DNA from: Octopus bimaculoides
Lineage: Eukaryota
DNA length: 64,000 bases
Direction: 5' to 3'
NCBI RefSeq assembly: GCF_001194135.2
Contig: NC_068982.1
Span: forward strand, 177,995,780-178,059,779
This document shows, piece by piece, positions 50,780 through 63,769 of the stretch; position 1 is the stretch's first letter, and every line of letters starts with the position of its first letter. Below the pieces are notes generated by a model, which was given only the letters and a program-made list of their open reading frames with translations, searched no databases and was not told the origin of the DNA. The position numbers and the translations under genes were made by a program.

Positions 50780-53510
50780 GGGAAAATGGTAGTAGCACAG
50801 AATTATAACAGGTAGTCAGAAGGGAAGCCTGGTAACAGGTTTACATTGCGAAAGGAGGAGCAGAAAGCAAGATTTGCATATATTTTACAGTATGAGGATC
50901 AGAGGTATGAAGTATTCACAAAGAATCAAGATGTTATAGGTGATACATGTATGCAAATGGATAATGGTACACTGGCATTTAGTAATTCTGAAAAGAAAGA
51001 GGCATGGAAGTGCTAGTATGAAAGGCTATTAGATGTGGAGAACACCTGGAAGAAAGAGTGTCTTCTCAATGTGAATCCAATAGAGTAGATGAGATGCAGT
51101 TTGGTGTCGTACCAGAGAAGTACTACTGATGCCATCTTCCTAGTAAAACAACTACAGGAGAAATATTTAGCAAAATGTACAAGGAATTCATCAACCTGGA
51201 GAAAGCTTTTGATAAGAGTCCTTCATTCTGTGATCCGATGGTCTCTGAGAAAATAGGAGTAGATGGATGGCTTGTGAGGTGAGAATCAACAATGAATTTA
51301 GAGTACAAGTAGGAGTTTACTATGGCTCAATACTCAGTCGCCTCTTATTCATTATAGTTTGCCAGGAATTTAAGACAAGCTGGCCTTGAGGACAATTATA
51401 TGCTGATGACTTCATTCTTATAGCAGAATCTGTAGTAGAATTTTTTGTGGAAGCAAAACTTAGAATTAAATGGCCTTAAAGTTAACTTAGCAAAAGACCA
51501 AAATTCTAGTAAGTAAGAAAACATATATGACCATCTCCCTGTCAGGTATATGGCCCTACTCGACATATAGGAAAGGTGTAGGCAAGAATTCAATACTATG
51601 TACCCAGTGCAAGCTCTGGACACACAAGAAGTGCAGTGGAATCACAGAAAGTTTAACAAAGAGAGAATCTTTGTATGTAGATGTGCAGGAGCTATAAACA
51701 CTAATGACAAAGAGAAAAGAATTTTCTCAAAGGTCTATGAGGCTCCCTAGAGGTAGTAGATAGTTTCTGTTAGTGAGGTGACATAATTTACAGTGGAGAA
51801 GAATATTCTGAAAATATAGTTGATAGAAATGGAACAGGATGGAGGAGTCCAGGAAGCTATTACTTCAGTTGACAACCAAAGGTCTCTCTTTCAGATTGAA
51901 AGGCAGATTGTATGACACGTGTATGAACAGCAATGCTACATGGTAATGTGACATGAGTTGTGAATGCAGAGGACATGCAAAGACTAGAAAGGAATGAAAT
52001 CAGTATGCTCTGTTGGTTATGCAATGTCAGTGTGCATAAACAACAGTGAAAATGTACTATGAGAAAAAACAAGTATAAGAGGAATCAGAGGTAGCATGCA
52101 AGAGAAGAGACTGTGCTCGTCTGGTCATATAATGACTATGGATGTAGACAGCTGTATCAAGAGGTGTCAATAGTCTTAAGTGGATCGAACTTGTGGAAGA
52201 GGGAGATCCAGAAAGATGGGGGATGAAGTAATGAAGGCTGATCTCAACTTGCTGAACTCCATAGAGGAAATGATAAAGAACCAAGATGACTGTTGATTCA
52301 CTGTGCTTGAGAAGACCCATCTGTCATAGCAAAAGTGAGGTCCCAAAAGCATTATGCTTATGCCTGTACATGCTGGACCCTGCACTTAATTTGCCTTTGT
52401 CAAGCATTTCCCTGCATCTCATCTTCCTAACAACAATCTCACTACCACTCTATGGCATTACTCAGCTACTGCAATTATTTGCCAATTCTGCTCTCAATTG
52501 AGAGCAGAAATGACACATGTTCCATCCTTCTTTTTGCACTACCAGTTACCTTCTTCCCCACCTGGAAACACTTACTTTTAAACTCCTTCCCTTATCCTCA
52601 TTATCATCCTTTACCACACTATTTTCCACCAATCACTCATTTTCTGTGTTTTCAGTTATCTCTCTCTCTCTCTCTCTCTCCCCTCTGAGCCACATCTTCA
52701 GTCACATTTTTTGTATCTATTATCATTCCCAACACCCTTTCATATCCATTATCAATGCCCCTTCTCACCACTGTTAGACCACTCACTAAACTACACCTCA
52801 TGTACTTTTGACTTCTACCTCTGTCACTGTACATCTCCCTCTCCCTTCACACTCTGCACATTATCTACCAAAAATATTTACAATCTATCAACAGATTTAC
52901 AATACTGCTTGCTGCTCTCCACTCATACTGTGTCATTGCTTGTCACTTCCCCCTTCCTAAACCACTTCTATCTCTCTCACTTTTCCCCCCTTCATACTGA
53001 TATTTATTATCCAACCACACCTCCATCCTTGTTCATCTCTAATTACAGCTACCTCTATTGCTGACTCTAACCATCTGTCACACTCCACTAACATTCTTAT
53101 GAAATTTCCCACCCTTTCCCTTCTTCCCTGATTCACCCTGAGAGTATGCTCTGGCACCCCATCATTACTGTCTTTATCTTCTTTCCACCTACTCTCACCC
53201 ACTCTCATATATTGTAACCATGTTTCTCCTCTCAATGGCAAGACACCTGTGCTTGATTCTCTATCATACTTTAGCCTTCAACACTTGGCTTAAAGCCACC
53301 TCCTCCTCCTAAATACACTCTCACTTGGTCAAGAGGGCTTTTACCCTTTTTATTCATTATTTTTTTTTTGTCTTGCTAGTTACTTGGTGTCCTCACACTT
53401 TAGAAACCATGCCAAAGCTGACAATGGAGCTTCACACAGCCAGAGATCACCAAATCCTGTCAAATCCATGCCAGCACAGAAAACAGATTTTAAATGATAA
53501 TTATGATGAA
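50780..53510 (+). mobile_element. Degenerate RTE LINE, RT to 3' tail
   Basis: NLEKAFD-like (51195), YADD (TATGCTGATGAC near 51398), C-terminal ORF remnants, ~900-bp CT-rich 3' UTR, decayed tail ending ~50 bp from the GRB2-like exon. Confidence 0.75.
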
Positions 53511-53561
53511 GAATATCAAATCACTAAAAATGAAAAAGGAGAGAAAGATTGGAAAACTTAC

Positions 53562-53659
53562 TCTTTATGAATAATTTCAATATAATTGTTTGGTATATAG
53601 CCTGTGTTGCCTTTCATTTGAGCACGATACCAATTTGGGTCAGTTTCCATATCAATAAT
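53562..53659 (-). CDS. GRB2/Drk-like adaptor, exon for second half of N-terminal SH3
   Basis: TTTCATTTTAG|...GA|GTAAGT; 98 nt, IIDMETDPNWYRAQMKGNTGYIPNNYIEIIHK; same length and phase as human GRB2 exon 3 (recalled). Confidence 0.9.
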
Positions 53660-54814
53660 CTAAAATGAAAATTAGATAAATATCAAATAAATAGACAACT
53701 ACACACACACACACACACAGTGTTTTAAGCCAACTATTCACAGAAAGATGCATCAGATATGTACAGTAGACCAATGGGTGTGTCTTTCAAAGGAATTCCT
53801 GCAAAGCAGTAAGATATACACATGGTCATTCTATAAATAAGAGTGACTTGTCTGATTTGAGTTACAAATATCCCAATGACTTCATTAAAAAAAATTTATC
53901 AATGAAAACAGTGAAAAGTAAAATATTAATGATAGTAAACATGCTGATCAACAGTGCAAATGCTCAAATTAATACAATATCAGTTAGCCTGTATTTTTAC
54001 ACCAGACTTTATACGATTTAAAGTTTTTGTATATAATACAAGTATTCAGTAGTCATATACAATATCATACCATATTAAGTATATCTTTGTAACATACAAG
54101 ATATATTGTTATTGTATATTACATCTCGTATATATTTGAATTTGAAGAGACATCCAACCTAATAAAAGTGCTTGAAAATTTTTTTTTTAAATCCAAATGA
54201 TTATACACTTTATTTTCCAAATGTTCATTAAATACGTCTTGCATCTTAATTTGTCTATTTAAAATCTGCTCTCTCTCTCTCACTCTCTTGATACACTGCA
54301 CAACAAAACCTTAATGTATGCATATATAATTCAGACATACCACCATTCAAACATCCACCATTCCATGCTCATATGAGTTGGATGGAATTTACTTTGGCAG
54401 ATTTTCTACAGTTAAATACCTTTCCTGTTGCCAACTCACCTGTTTCCAAATAAGTAATAGTGTGCCATGATCAGGCATGTTTTTATGGAAGATTGGAAAC
54501 ATAGGACATCATTTGCATGATGGTCACATTCATTTACAATTACCATGCAGTATTAAGACAGGGAGAACACACACACACAAACTAGGCTTCTTTCAGTTTC
54601 TGTCTACCAAATCCACTCAAGAGGCTTAGAGCTATAATAGAAGACACTAGCCCTAGATGCTACATAAAAATGGGAAAATAATACATAAACTAGTGGATAT
54701 CCATGAAAAATCTAAGAGTGATAAATATTTAGTTTTATAGATAATTACTTGTGACAAACTACTGAAAGGAATTAATTCGATAAAATACATTTTTCTTCTC
54801 TCTCGCTTGTGTGT

Positions 54815-54856
<42 letters not shown>

Positions 54857-55074
54857 NNNNNNNNNNNNNNNNNNNNNNNNNNNNNNNNNNNNNNNNNNNN
54901 NNNNNNNNNNNNNNNNNNNNNNNNNNNNNNNNNNNNNNNNNNNNNNNNNNNNNNNNATTTCAAAGGCTCGTAAATGTTTAAAATACATTTATTTACATAT
55001 ATACCACACTTGTTTTAACAATATTTTTTGTTTGTCAATGGTAAAAGTGTACAATTAGAAAAACATCATTATAA

Positions 55075-55165
55075 GTTTCAATGTTGACAAGTCAAAATGT
55101 TTCAATGTTAACAAACTAAAATGTTTCAGTGTTGGTAAATTAAGATGTTTCTATGTTGATAAATT
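55075..55165. repeat. Degenerate 24-bp minisatellite (about 4 units)
   Basis: GTTTCAATGTTGACAAGTCAAAAT-like unit repeated. Confidence 0.65.
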
Positions 55166-55329
55166 ATCATGTTCAAAACAGAAGGTGTAAGTTTGAAATT
55201 AAAACTGTATATTAATTTGTTAGAATGTACAAGGTTCATTAATTTCAGTGGTGGTCGATAAGTCATACTGAAAAATCAAGTGTGAGAATTAAAATAGTAA
55301 AAAAAGGAGATTTGGTTTACGGTTTCTCA

Positions 55330-56311
55330 GATCTTCTTTAAACAGTCGCTTTCGCTTGTAATGGTATGTTTAGGGAAAGATGTATTTATAAATTGTTGTT
55401 GTACTTGGGGATGGTCATATTGCCAGTTTAGCCAATAAAAACACACGCACTGTATATTTGGTGTTAATTTGCTTCAGCTTTATATTACATTATATTACAT
55501 TAATCCTATTTCGGCCAAAGTTCTTTCGTCACACTTCTGTGTCCTCATCAGTGGTCCTTTGCTTTCTTCTTTCTTATGTGTGTCTCACCTTGCTAACTAT
55601 CAGCCATTTTGTATTTTGTATTCCTATTGTATGTGTCTACGCATGTGTATCCTTCAATGTGTTTTTGTAAGTGCATGCGTGTGTATGGGGAGTGCCTATA
55701 TTATCTATATCCTCTGTTAATACATGTTCGTTTGTTTTTGTTTTTATTTATTTATTTGTTCATGTGTTTATACCTACTTCTCTTTTTTTTTTTTTTGTAT
55801 TTAATTTAGTTTTGTTAACGTATGTAGTATTTAATTCCATTTGTTTATCTATGTATTGTATTGTATTATATTTTGTTCATATTGTTATGGGGAATGTATT
55901 GTCATATATTGTGGTTTGTTAGGGGTGTGTGTTAGTGTTCCATTCCAGTTTCCTATTCAGGCTAGGTTTATCTTCTATTATGTGTGTAGCTTCTGTAATT
56001 TGTCTAAGTGCTGCGTCTCTGCTATGTGTGAATAAGATTTTAATTTCTATGTTGTTGAGTGCGCCTCCATGTTCTTGCTCAGCGTGCTGGTACAGAACTG
56101 ATGAGCTCTTCCCTTCTTTAAGTTCCCTCCAATGTTCATTTGCCCACTCCCCTATGCTCTTTGCTGTTTCGCCTACATACGTCATTGTCTTGTTACTGCA
56201 TCATCCCTCTGTACATCTTATACTATAGACCACATTTCTGGTTTTACACCAAATATACAGTGCGTTTGTTTTTATTGGCTAAACTGGCAATATGACCATC
56301 CCAAGTACAAC
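55330..56311 (-). mobile_element. Penelope-like element fragment B: GIY-YIG endonuclease plus pLTR
   Basis: ORF 55919-56185 TYVGETAKSIGEWANEH...HAEQEH...ITEATHII...PSLNR; 66-bp inverted repeats at 55398-55464 and 56246-56311. Confidence 0.8.
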
Positions 56312-56419
56312 ATCTGTTTCAACACATGATTTCACATCAAAAATCTTGCAAAACAAATATGTATTTATAAATTTTTTTCTGATTTTGATTCATTAAAAAA
56401 TTGATGACATTTTTCTTCC

Positions 56420-58735
56420 GTGGTCAAGCTTATTGTTCTGCTTGGTTGGTTTCCTTGCTGATATGATTATAGGTTGTTCCAGTTGGTTGGTTCTCTTAAA
56501 GGGTCTTTTTGTTGTATTCGCTGAAGTTCGGTTTTGATTCGTTTGGAATTATGTGACATCAGCAACTGGTAGTTGTGAATTTCGTTGGACTGGAGGTGGG
56601 TGGCGTCAGCATCTTGTGTTTGTGTGGTGATTTGGAGTTGTGGTTTCAAAACCCAGGTGGAAGATTGTTACTAAAATTTTATTGTTTTTTTGTGTTGAAA
56701 TTGAGTGTTTTTTTTCTCTTCTTTATACTGCTTTTTCTTCTTTCTAAAGGATATTTAGCTGTGGTTTATATTTTTTAATCAGTATATTTTCCTTATTTAA
56801 ATGGAATTGGGTTGAAGTGTTTCCATTGATAGAGAGGGGAGATTTTGTATTTAGGGTTTTTGTCTATGGGGCATTTGTCTAGGTGCTGGCTAACGGGAAT
56901 TTTCCTAGTGGTGGGGTCCTGGACTTGTTGTCTGTGCACCGTAAGTCTATCCCTCAAAGTGAAGCTTGTTTGACCAATGTAGTCTCCACCACAACCTCCA
57001 CATTTAAGAACAGAAATTAAGTTCTTCGAAGTCATGATTTATGGTAAAAGTTAGGCCTGACTTAACTTTGTATGTTGAGCCCTCTAAGAGAAAGGTGCAA
57101 GTTCCACAGTTAGGGCAGTTGCACTTTTTGACTTGTGGGGTTGTATTTTTGGTGGGTGATTTGGCGCTGGTGAGTAAATTTTTAGAGATTGTGGTTGTCT
57201 CTTGCTTTTAATAATCCTATGCGTTTCTAGTGTCTTTTTCATTTGTGGGTCCTTCATAAGGATGGGTATGTTTTGATGGATGATGTTGTATGCTTCCTGG
57301 TTTCTTGGATTGTGTGGTGATATGTAAGATAAAGTTTTAAGTGTGTCATGGTGTTTTCGTGTTTTCTGTAACTCTTGGATGTCTATCATTTTTGCACGTT
57401 CTATTCCATTTTTGATTAGACTGACCAGGTATTTTCTATCTAGTAATGAGGTTTTAAATTCTTGGAGTCACTTTTCTCTGGTTTTAGGATTTGATACAAT
57501 CATGCAAATTCTTCTCGCTATGTTGAACAGTATATTTATTTTAGTATGTTTTAGGTGGCAAGAGGAGAATTGAAGATATTGTTTTGAGTCTGTTGGTTTG
57601 AAGAAGATGTCGGTTTCAATCTCAATATCTCTCTTTATTATTAAGATGTCCAGGAAGGGTAGTTGTTGGTGGTTGTATTCCATAATGAATTGGATACTGT
57701 GGTTAATGCTGTTGATTAAATTTTTAAATTCTGTGAGTTGTTCAATGTTATGTGGCCAAAAGATGAAACAGTCATCCAGGTAGTGTTTCCAGCTGGTAAG
57801 TAAGTATTTTGGGAAGTTTTCCCAAATTTTAATCTAGCGTGTTCATATATTTGGACTTCCAAGTATGCCATGATGAGGTTGGGAAAAGTAGGTGCTACCC
57901 TAGTTCCCATCGCCGTGTCCGATTTTTGTCTATAAGTGTTTTCACTGAAATTGAAGAAGTTATTCTGTAGAATGAACCTTATTCCTTCAACGATGAATTC
58001 TTTTCCGATTCTGTCAGGAATGTCATTTGGGAATTTTTCCAGCCAGTATTGTATGGCTATTATTCCGTATTCGTGAGGAATCGAGGTGTAGAAGTTTATT
58101 ACATCGAATGAAACTAGGAGGAAGTCTTCGCTGGTTTTGTTCGGGAGATGGTTTAAAAAGTCCAGATCATCCCGTATAAAGCTCGGTATATGTTGGAGAA
58201 TAGGTTTGAGGAGGACATCATTAAAATTACTGAGTCTGTGTGTCTCACAAGAGGGCGCGGCCACAATTGGTCTCATTTTGAGATCTCTCGGATGTGGAAT
58301 ATTTATGACTATAGAAGTTGACTTGTTACAGGCTTTGTTTATGGCCTCACTTTTGTGGATTTTGAGAAGTTCATAGAAGTTACTAGTTTTGCAGTTAAAT
58401 TTAGTCAAGTAGTCTGTCTCCTTTTGTGTTAAACCTTGTTGGAATTGTTGGATAAGTGTAGACAGTTTGGCCATTATCTTGGATTGACTGTAGTTGTTGA
58501 TTTTTTCATAGTAGGTGTTGTCTTGAAGGAGGGTTAGGATAGTGTCTATGTATTTTTCTGAGTCCATGATAACTACAGAGCTCCCTTTGTCAGCTTCTTT
58601 TATAATTATGTTGTCATCCTCCCTGAGATTATTGATGATTTCCTATTCTTCTTTACTACCCTAACCCTCCTTCAAGACAATACCTGCTATGAAAAAATCA
58701 ACAATTACAGTCAATCCAAGATAATGACCAAACTG
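56420..58735 (-). mobile_element. Penelope-like element A: RT plus GIY-YIG, frameshifted, 5'-truncated
   Basis: ORF pieces RPIVAAPSCETH, LVSFDVINFYTSIP, AMGTRVAPTF, LPFLDILI, KPTDSKQYL, and DYIGQTSFTLRDRLTVH. Confidence 0.9.
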
Positions 58736-58736
58736 C

Positions 58737-59848
58737 TGGAAGCTCCGATATGAGCATTTCAGAGTGTTTGGGTGTCAATCTGAGGACAGTACAGAGGATT
58801 CAGCAAGAGTTGGATGAGTCTAATGATGATGACAAAGGTACGACAGCTCAGAAAACTTACTCTGATCATTCTGATAAGGAAAGAACTCTTGAATTTATTG
58901 GGGAGATCCAAGCCATGATTGACAATGATCCCTCTAAATCAATCCGGTCCATCGCCAGAGACATGGGAGTGTCTGAGTTTCTTATCAGGCAGGTAGTCCA
59001 TGCAGAGGCATTTGGTATTCCTCATACAAGATGAGAAAGGGCCAATTTTTATCCCAAGCCATCAAGGACGAGAGGAAAGACCGCGCTACGAAGCTTTTGA
59101 ACAAACTTAAGCATCCCCTCCAACTGAACATACTTTGGTTTTTCTCAGATGGCAAAAATTTCTGCCAGAATTAGATGGTGAACACACAGAACAACCATTG
59201 GCTTACCATGTCCCCAAAACATGGACCAAGGGTGATAAAAATCAAACATCCAGGTAACATCATGGTGTTTGGAATGATCACTGATGATGGTGATGTTATG
59301 CCTCCATTCTGCTTCCCACACAGCCTCAGACTCAACACGGAGGCTGACATCAAGTGCATGGAGGGGGTAGTGCCACCCTGGGTTAAGAGGGTGGCTGCTG
59401 GAAGACCCTGCGTCTGACAACAGGACTCTGCACCCTGTCACACAAGTAGGAGAACCCACTCATGACTGTCAGACAATTTCTGCAACCACATCACTCCTAA
59501 CATCTGGCCACCTAACTCCTCAGACTGCAAGCCCCTTGATTATTATGTGTGGGGAACAGTTGAGCGAGAGACCAACAAAACTCCTTGTAACACCAAAGAT
59601 GAACTGAAGGCATAAATGATGGCAGCATTCACCAACTTGAACAAGGAGACTGTCCAGAAGAGTTTCAGGAGATTCCAAAGTCATCTGGAGTCCGTGGTTG
59701 AAGCCAATGGTGATTTTATAGAATAGATTTACTCTTTAGTATTTCAAGATATTTTCATGTAATTTTGGTAAATATATCTGTTAAAATGAGAGGTCAGTGT
59801 TATTTTCATTTGTGCATAATTTAGACGACAATTTATTCACCACCTAGT
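58737..59848 (+). mobile_element. maT-like (DD37D) transposon relic, 5' end missing
   Basis: Pieces SKSIRSIARDMGVSE, KHPGNIMVFG, QQDSAPCH, WPPNSSDCKPLDYYVWG; right TIR-like GACGACAATTTATTCACCACC then TA. Confidence 0.82.
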
Positions 59849-59854
59849 AATGCT

Positions 59855-60925
59855 CAAGGTTTAAACTTGAGCAGGAAGAGGAGTAAATGTAAGGATAAGT
59901 AAGTGAGGCAGGTTGATTGCGCTGGTATGGTCATGTGTTGCGAATGAATGAGGACAGCTATGTGAAAAAGTATCACACCTAGGCAGTTGAGGGAACCTGT
60001 GGAAGAGGTAGATCCAGGAAAACCTGGGATGAGGTGGTGAAGCACGACCTTCAAACATTGGGGCTTTACCAAGGCAATGACTAGTGACCAGGACCTTTGG
60101 AGATATGCTGTGCTTGAGAAGACCTGACAAGCCAAGTGAGACCATAGCCCGTGGCCTATGCCAGTGGGTGTAACCAGCCCATTTATGAATACCCCTCATT
60201 CGTTGAACAATAAACCTTGCTTGAGAAGACCTAGTGGGGCAAGTGAAATCAAAATCAAAATTGCTGATGTGACCGATGAAAGTACTGCCTGATTGGCACT
60301 CATGCCAGTTGAACGTTAAAAGCACATCCGAATGTGGGGTGTAACCAAACCACTTATGAGTATCCCTCATTCAGTGGACAATGAACTTTGCTTGCAAAGA
60401 TTTATTGAGAAAAGTGTAAACAAACCAAAATCGTTGATGTGGCCGATGACAATACTGCCTGATTGGCACTCATGCCAGTGGAACGTTAAAAGCACATCCG
60501 AGTATCACCGTTGCCAGGGCCACGGATTGGCTCCCATGCTGGTGACACGTGAAAAGCACCATTCAAGCATGATCGTAGCCAGCATTGCCTTATCGGCACA
60601 TGTGCCAGTGGCACGTGAAAAATAGCATTCAAACATGGTCATTGCCAGTGCTGCTGGACTGGCTCCCATGCAAGTAGCACATAAAAACACCTTTTGAGTG
60701 TGAGCGTGGTCATTGTCAGAACCGCCTGACTGGCCCTTGTGTCAGTGGCACATAAAAAGCACCCACTACACTCTCAGAGTGGTTGGCGTTAGGAAGAGCA
60801 TCCAGCTGTAGAAACTTTGCCAGACCAGATTGAGCTTGGTGCAGCCTCTGGCTCACCAGTCCTCAATCAAACCATCCAACCTATGCCAGCATGGAAAGCA
60901 GACATTAAACGATGATGATGATGAT
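59855..60925 (+). mobile_element. RTE LINE 3' end: ORF end, subrepeat array, (GAT)n tail
   Basis: RLRWYGHVLRMNEDS...GRGRSRKTWDEVV-like ORF end contiguous with the GAT-tailed repeat. Confidence 0.85.
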
Positions 60926-61093
60926 TTAATACATTAAATGCAAAAAATGTATATATGTTTAGATACAAAAAGGTCACAGAATAGAAATGATATCAACCCC
61001 TTTAATTCTTGATGTCATTTCTATTCTGTGTAAGTTGGACCTTTTATTATCTAAACATATATACATTTTTTTTTAAAATTTAATGCATTAAAT
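60924..61093. other. ~170-bp AT-rich imperfect palindrome
   Basis: Apical stem CACAGAATAGAAATGATATCAA / TTGATGTCATTTCTATTCTGTG with 12-nt loop; outer arms also pair. Confidence 0.8.
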
Positions 61094-62272
61094 ATTCTTT
61101 GTATAATTGACCTGCCTAACTTGCTAATCCTTACATTTACTCCTATATGTATGCCAGAAAGTTTGCAAATCTAACAGAGGCCTCAAAAGACATTTTAAGA
61201 TCCACAAAGAACAGAACTTATCTGCAGCTCTTCGTGCTCCAAATCAAANNNNNNNNNNNNNNNNNNNNNNNNNNNNNNNNNNNNNNNNNNNNNNNNNNNN
61301 NNNNNNNNNNNNNNNNNNNNNNNNNNNNNNNNNNNNNNNNNNNNNNNNNNNNNNNNNNNNNNNNNNNNNNNNNNNNNNNNNNNNNNNNNNNNNNNNNNNN
61401 NNNNNNNNNNNNNNNNNNNNNNNNNNNNNNNNNNNNNNNNNNNNNNNNNNNNNNNNNNNNNNNNNNNNNNNNNNNNNNNNNNNNNNNNNNNNNNNNNNNN
61501 NNNNNNNNNNNNNNNNNNNNNNNNNNNNNNNNNNNNNNNNNNNNNNNNNNNNNNNNNNNNNNNNNNNNNNNNNNNNNNNNNNNNNNNNNNNNNNNNNNNN
61601 NNNNNNNNNNNNNNNNNNNNNNNNNNNNNNNNNNNNNNNNNNNNNNNNNNNNNNNNNNNNNNNNNNNNATATATATATATATATATATATATATATGGGA
61701 GAATTTACGAAAAAAACAACAGATGAAGACAGGTGGTGTAAACAACAAATGGATGTATTAGTTTAACGCTCGGGAATAGAGAAAGTATTTGACATTTCGA
61801 GCTACGCTCTTCAACTGAAAGGAACACAGAAAGAAATAAGGAGAGAAACAAGGAGAAAAAAATATATATATATAAATGTAGTGGTCAGCGATCTATCATG
61901 ATATATATACACACACACACACAACCACACAATTTATACAAGAACAGTTAAACTTATGTAAATTACTTCTCAGTATCCAGCTAATTAAATGGTCTGTTAG
62001 TGTTTCCATGAAATACAGATAGTTAAAAGCTTCATAGTACAGCAAAGGAAATGATCTGTCAGTATTTACATGAAATTCAGACATAGTGAAAGTACTATAG
62101 CAACTATTTTACCTTTGATGTATAAGTCTTGGGAATGGACAGAGAGAGATTAGAGACTGCTAATTATCTCAGTAGATTTATGCACATATTGTTAAGTTAC
62201 AGAATTAAAAAATGGAAACATTTAAAAACCCTTTTACAAATGACACGTTCAGGTTTTAATTGCCATTTACAC

Positions 62273-62581
62273 CAGGAGTTCTCAACCATTTTTTATCTAT
62301 GAACCCCTTTATTATTTTATACTGTTGGACCCCCATAGCCATTCGCTGTTTAAAAGTTAGTTTTATAGAAACTTCTTACAAAATTTCTATTTTGTTTTTC
62401 ACACAGGCGCAGGCATGGCTGTGTGGTAAGAAGCTCGCTTCCCAACCACGTGGTTTCAGGTTCAGTCCCACTGTGTGGCACCTTAGGAAAGTGTCTTCTA
62501 CAATAGCCTCGGGCTGACCAAAGCCTTGCGAGTGGATTTGGTAGACAGAAACTGGAAGAAGCCTGTCATATATGTATATAT

Positions 62582-62670
<89 letters not shown>

Positions 62671-63059
62671 TGTCCCCCCCCCCATTGCTTGACAGCCAAT
62701 GCTGGTGTGTTTATGTCCCTGTAATTTAACAGTTCAGTAAAAGAGACTGATAGAATAAGTCCTGGGGTCAATTTCTTTGACTAACACCCTTTAAGGCAGT
62801 GCTCTAGCATGGCCACAATCAAATGACTGAAACAAGTAAAAAGAATAAAAAGAAAAAAAAACTTGTGTAGGTTGAACTACGTAAAATGTTAGAGAAAGAA
62901 TCCAAGCTATTTCTTGCAATACATATATCTAAAGCAAAATTTTTTCAGAGGCCCTTAAAATTCTATTGTGGATCCCCAATTTACTATTTTGCTGTGTGGA
63001 CCCCCAAAAATCTTATATTGACCCTCAAGGGACATATGGACCCTGATTGAGAACCATTG
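62273..63059. mobile_element. hAT-type MITE interrupted by a SINE
   Basis: CAGGAGTTCTCAACC ... GATTGAGAACCATTG; no clear 8-bp TSD. Confidence 0.55.
62406..62855 (+). mobile_element. tRNA-derived SINE (family B) with ~80-bp (GT)n
   Basis: Head and tail homologous to 27723 copy. Confidence 0.82.
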
Positions 63060-63482
63060 GGTACTAAACAGTTTCAGTACAGTTCTCGCATTCTAACATC
63101 CTCATTCTCTGTGGTATCACCAACAATTCACCCACAGTGTGCAGTTTGTTGCTTTTAGCAATAAATAATGATATACTGCATGATGATACCAGACCACTAC
63201 AAGTAGATTTATTCATATTCATTCATGTTGGCAAACATTGTAATTGTTTCTTCTTGCAAATTCTTCTTTGTGGGTGCTGAAATACCAGATTATTTTTTTT
63301 ATCACTGTGAATTTAGTTTAATACTTTGCTCATCCAAAGCATTTTCATAACTTTGACCTAAATGTCCATGCTTGTTTTCAGACTCTTTTGTTAGCTTCAG
63401 TTTCATATGTACTAAGTAATACAAAACTTTCATAAGTTTCAAGTTACTCTGGTGGTTGAAAAAAATTGGCAATGGATATCCA

Positions 63483-63644
63483 GGCACAGGCATGGCTGTG
63501 TGGTAAGAAGCTTGCTTCCCAACCACATGGCTCTGGGTTCAGTCCACTCCATGACGCCTCGGGCAAGTGTCTTCTACGAAAGCCTTGGGCCGATCAAAGC
63601 CTTGTGAGTGGATTTGGTAGACAGAAACTGGAAGAAGCCCATCG

Positions 63645-63680
<36 letters not shown>
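63483..63680 (+). mobile_element. SINE family B, 5' half
   Basis: Head through the internal (TA)n. Confidence 0.7.
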
Positions 63681-63682
<2 letters not shown>

Positions 63683-63769
63683 TTATTAATAAAGCGTATT
63701 ACTCTACATCCAGTAGTCGAGTACTATTTTCGCCATCTTGTTTCGCATTTATGTGCTTACTTTGGTATA

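Noticed and set aside
61785-61820. Hammerhead-like motif on minus (GTTGAAGAGCGTAGCTCGAAATGTC)
   Set aside because: Core lacks CUGA and stem I is not evident; at most a decayed Penelope-type end.
63180-63470. Possible transposase or exon remnant (ORF 63302-63526)
   Set aside because: No recognisable motif or consistent splice signals.
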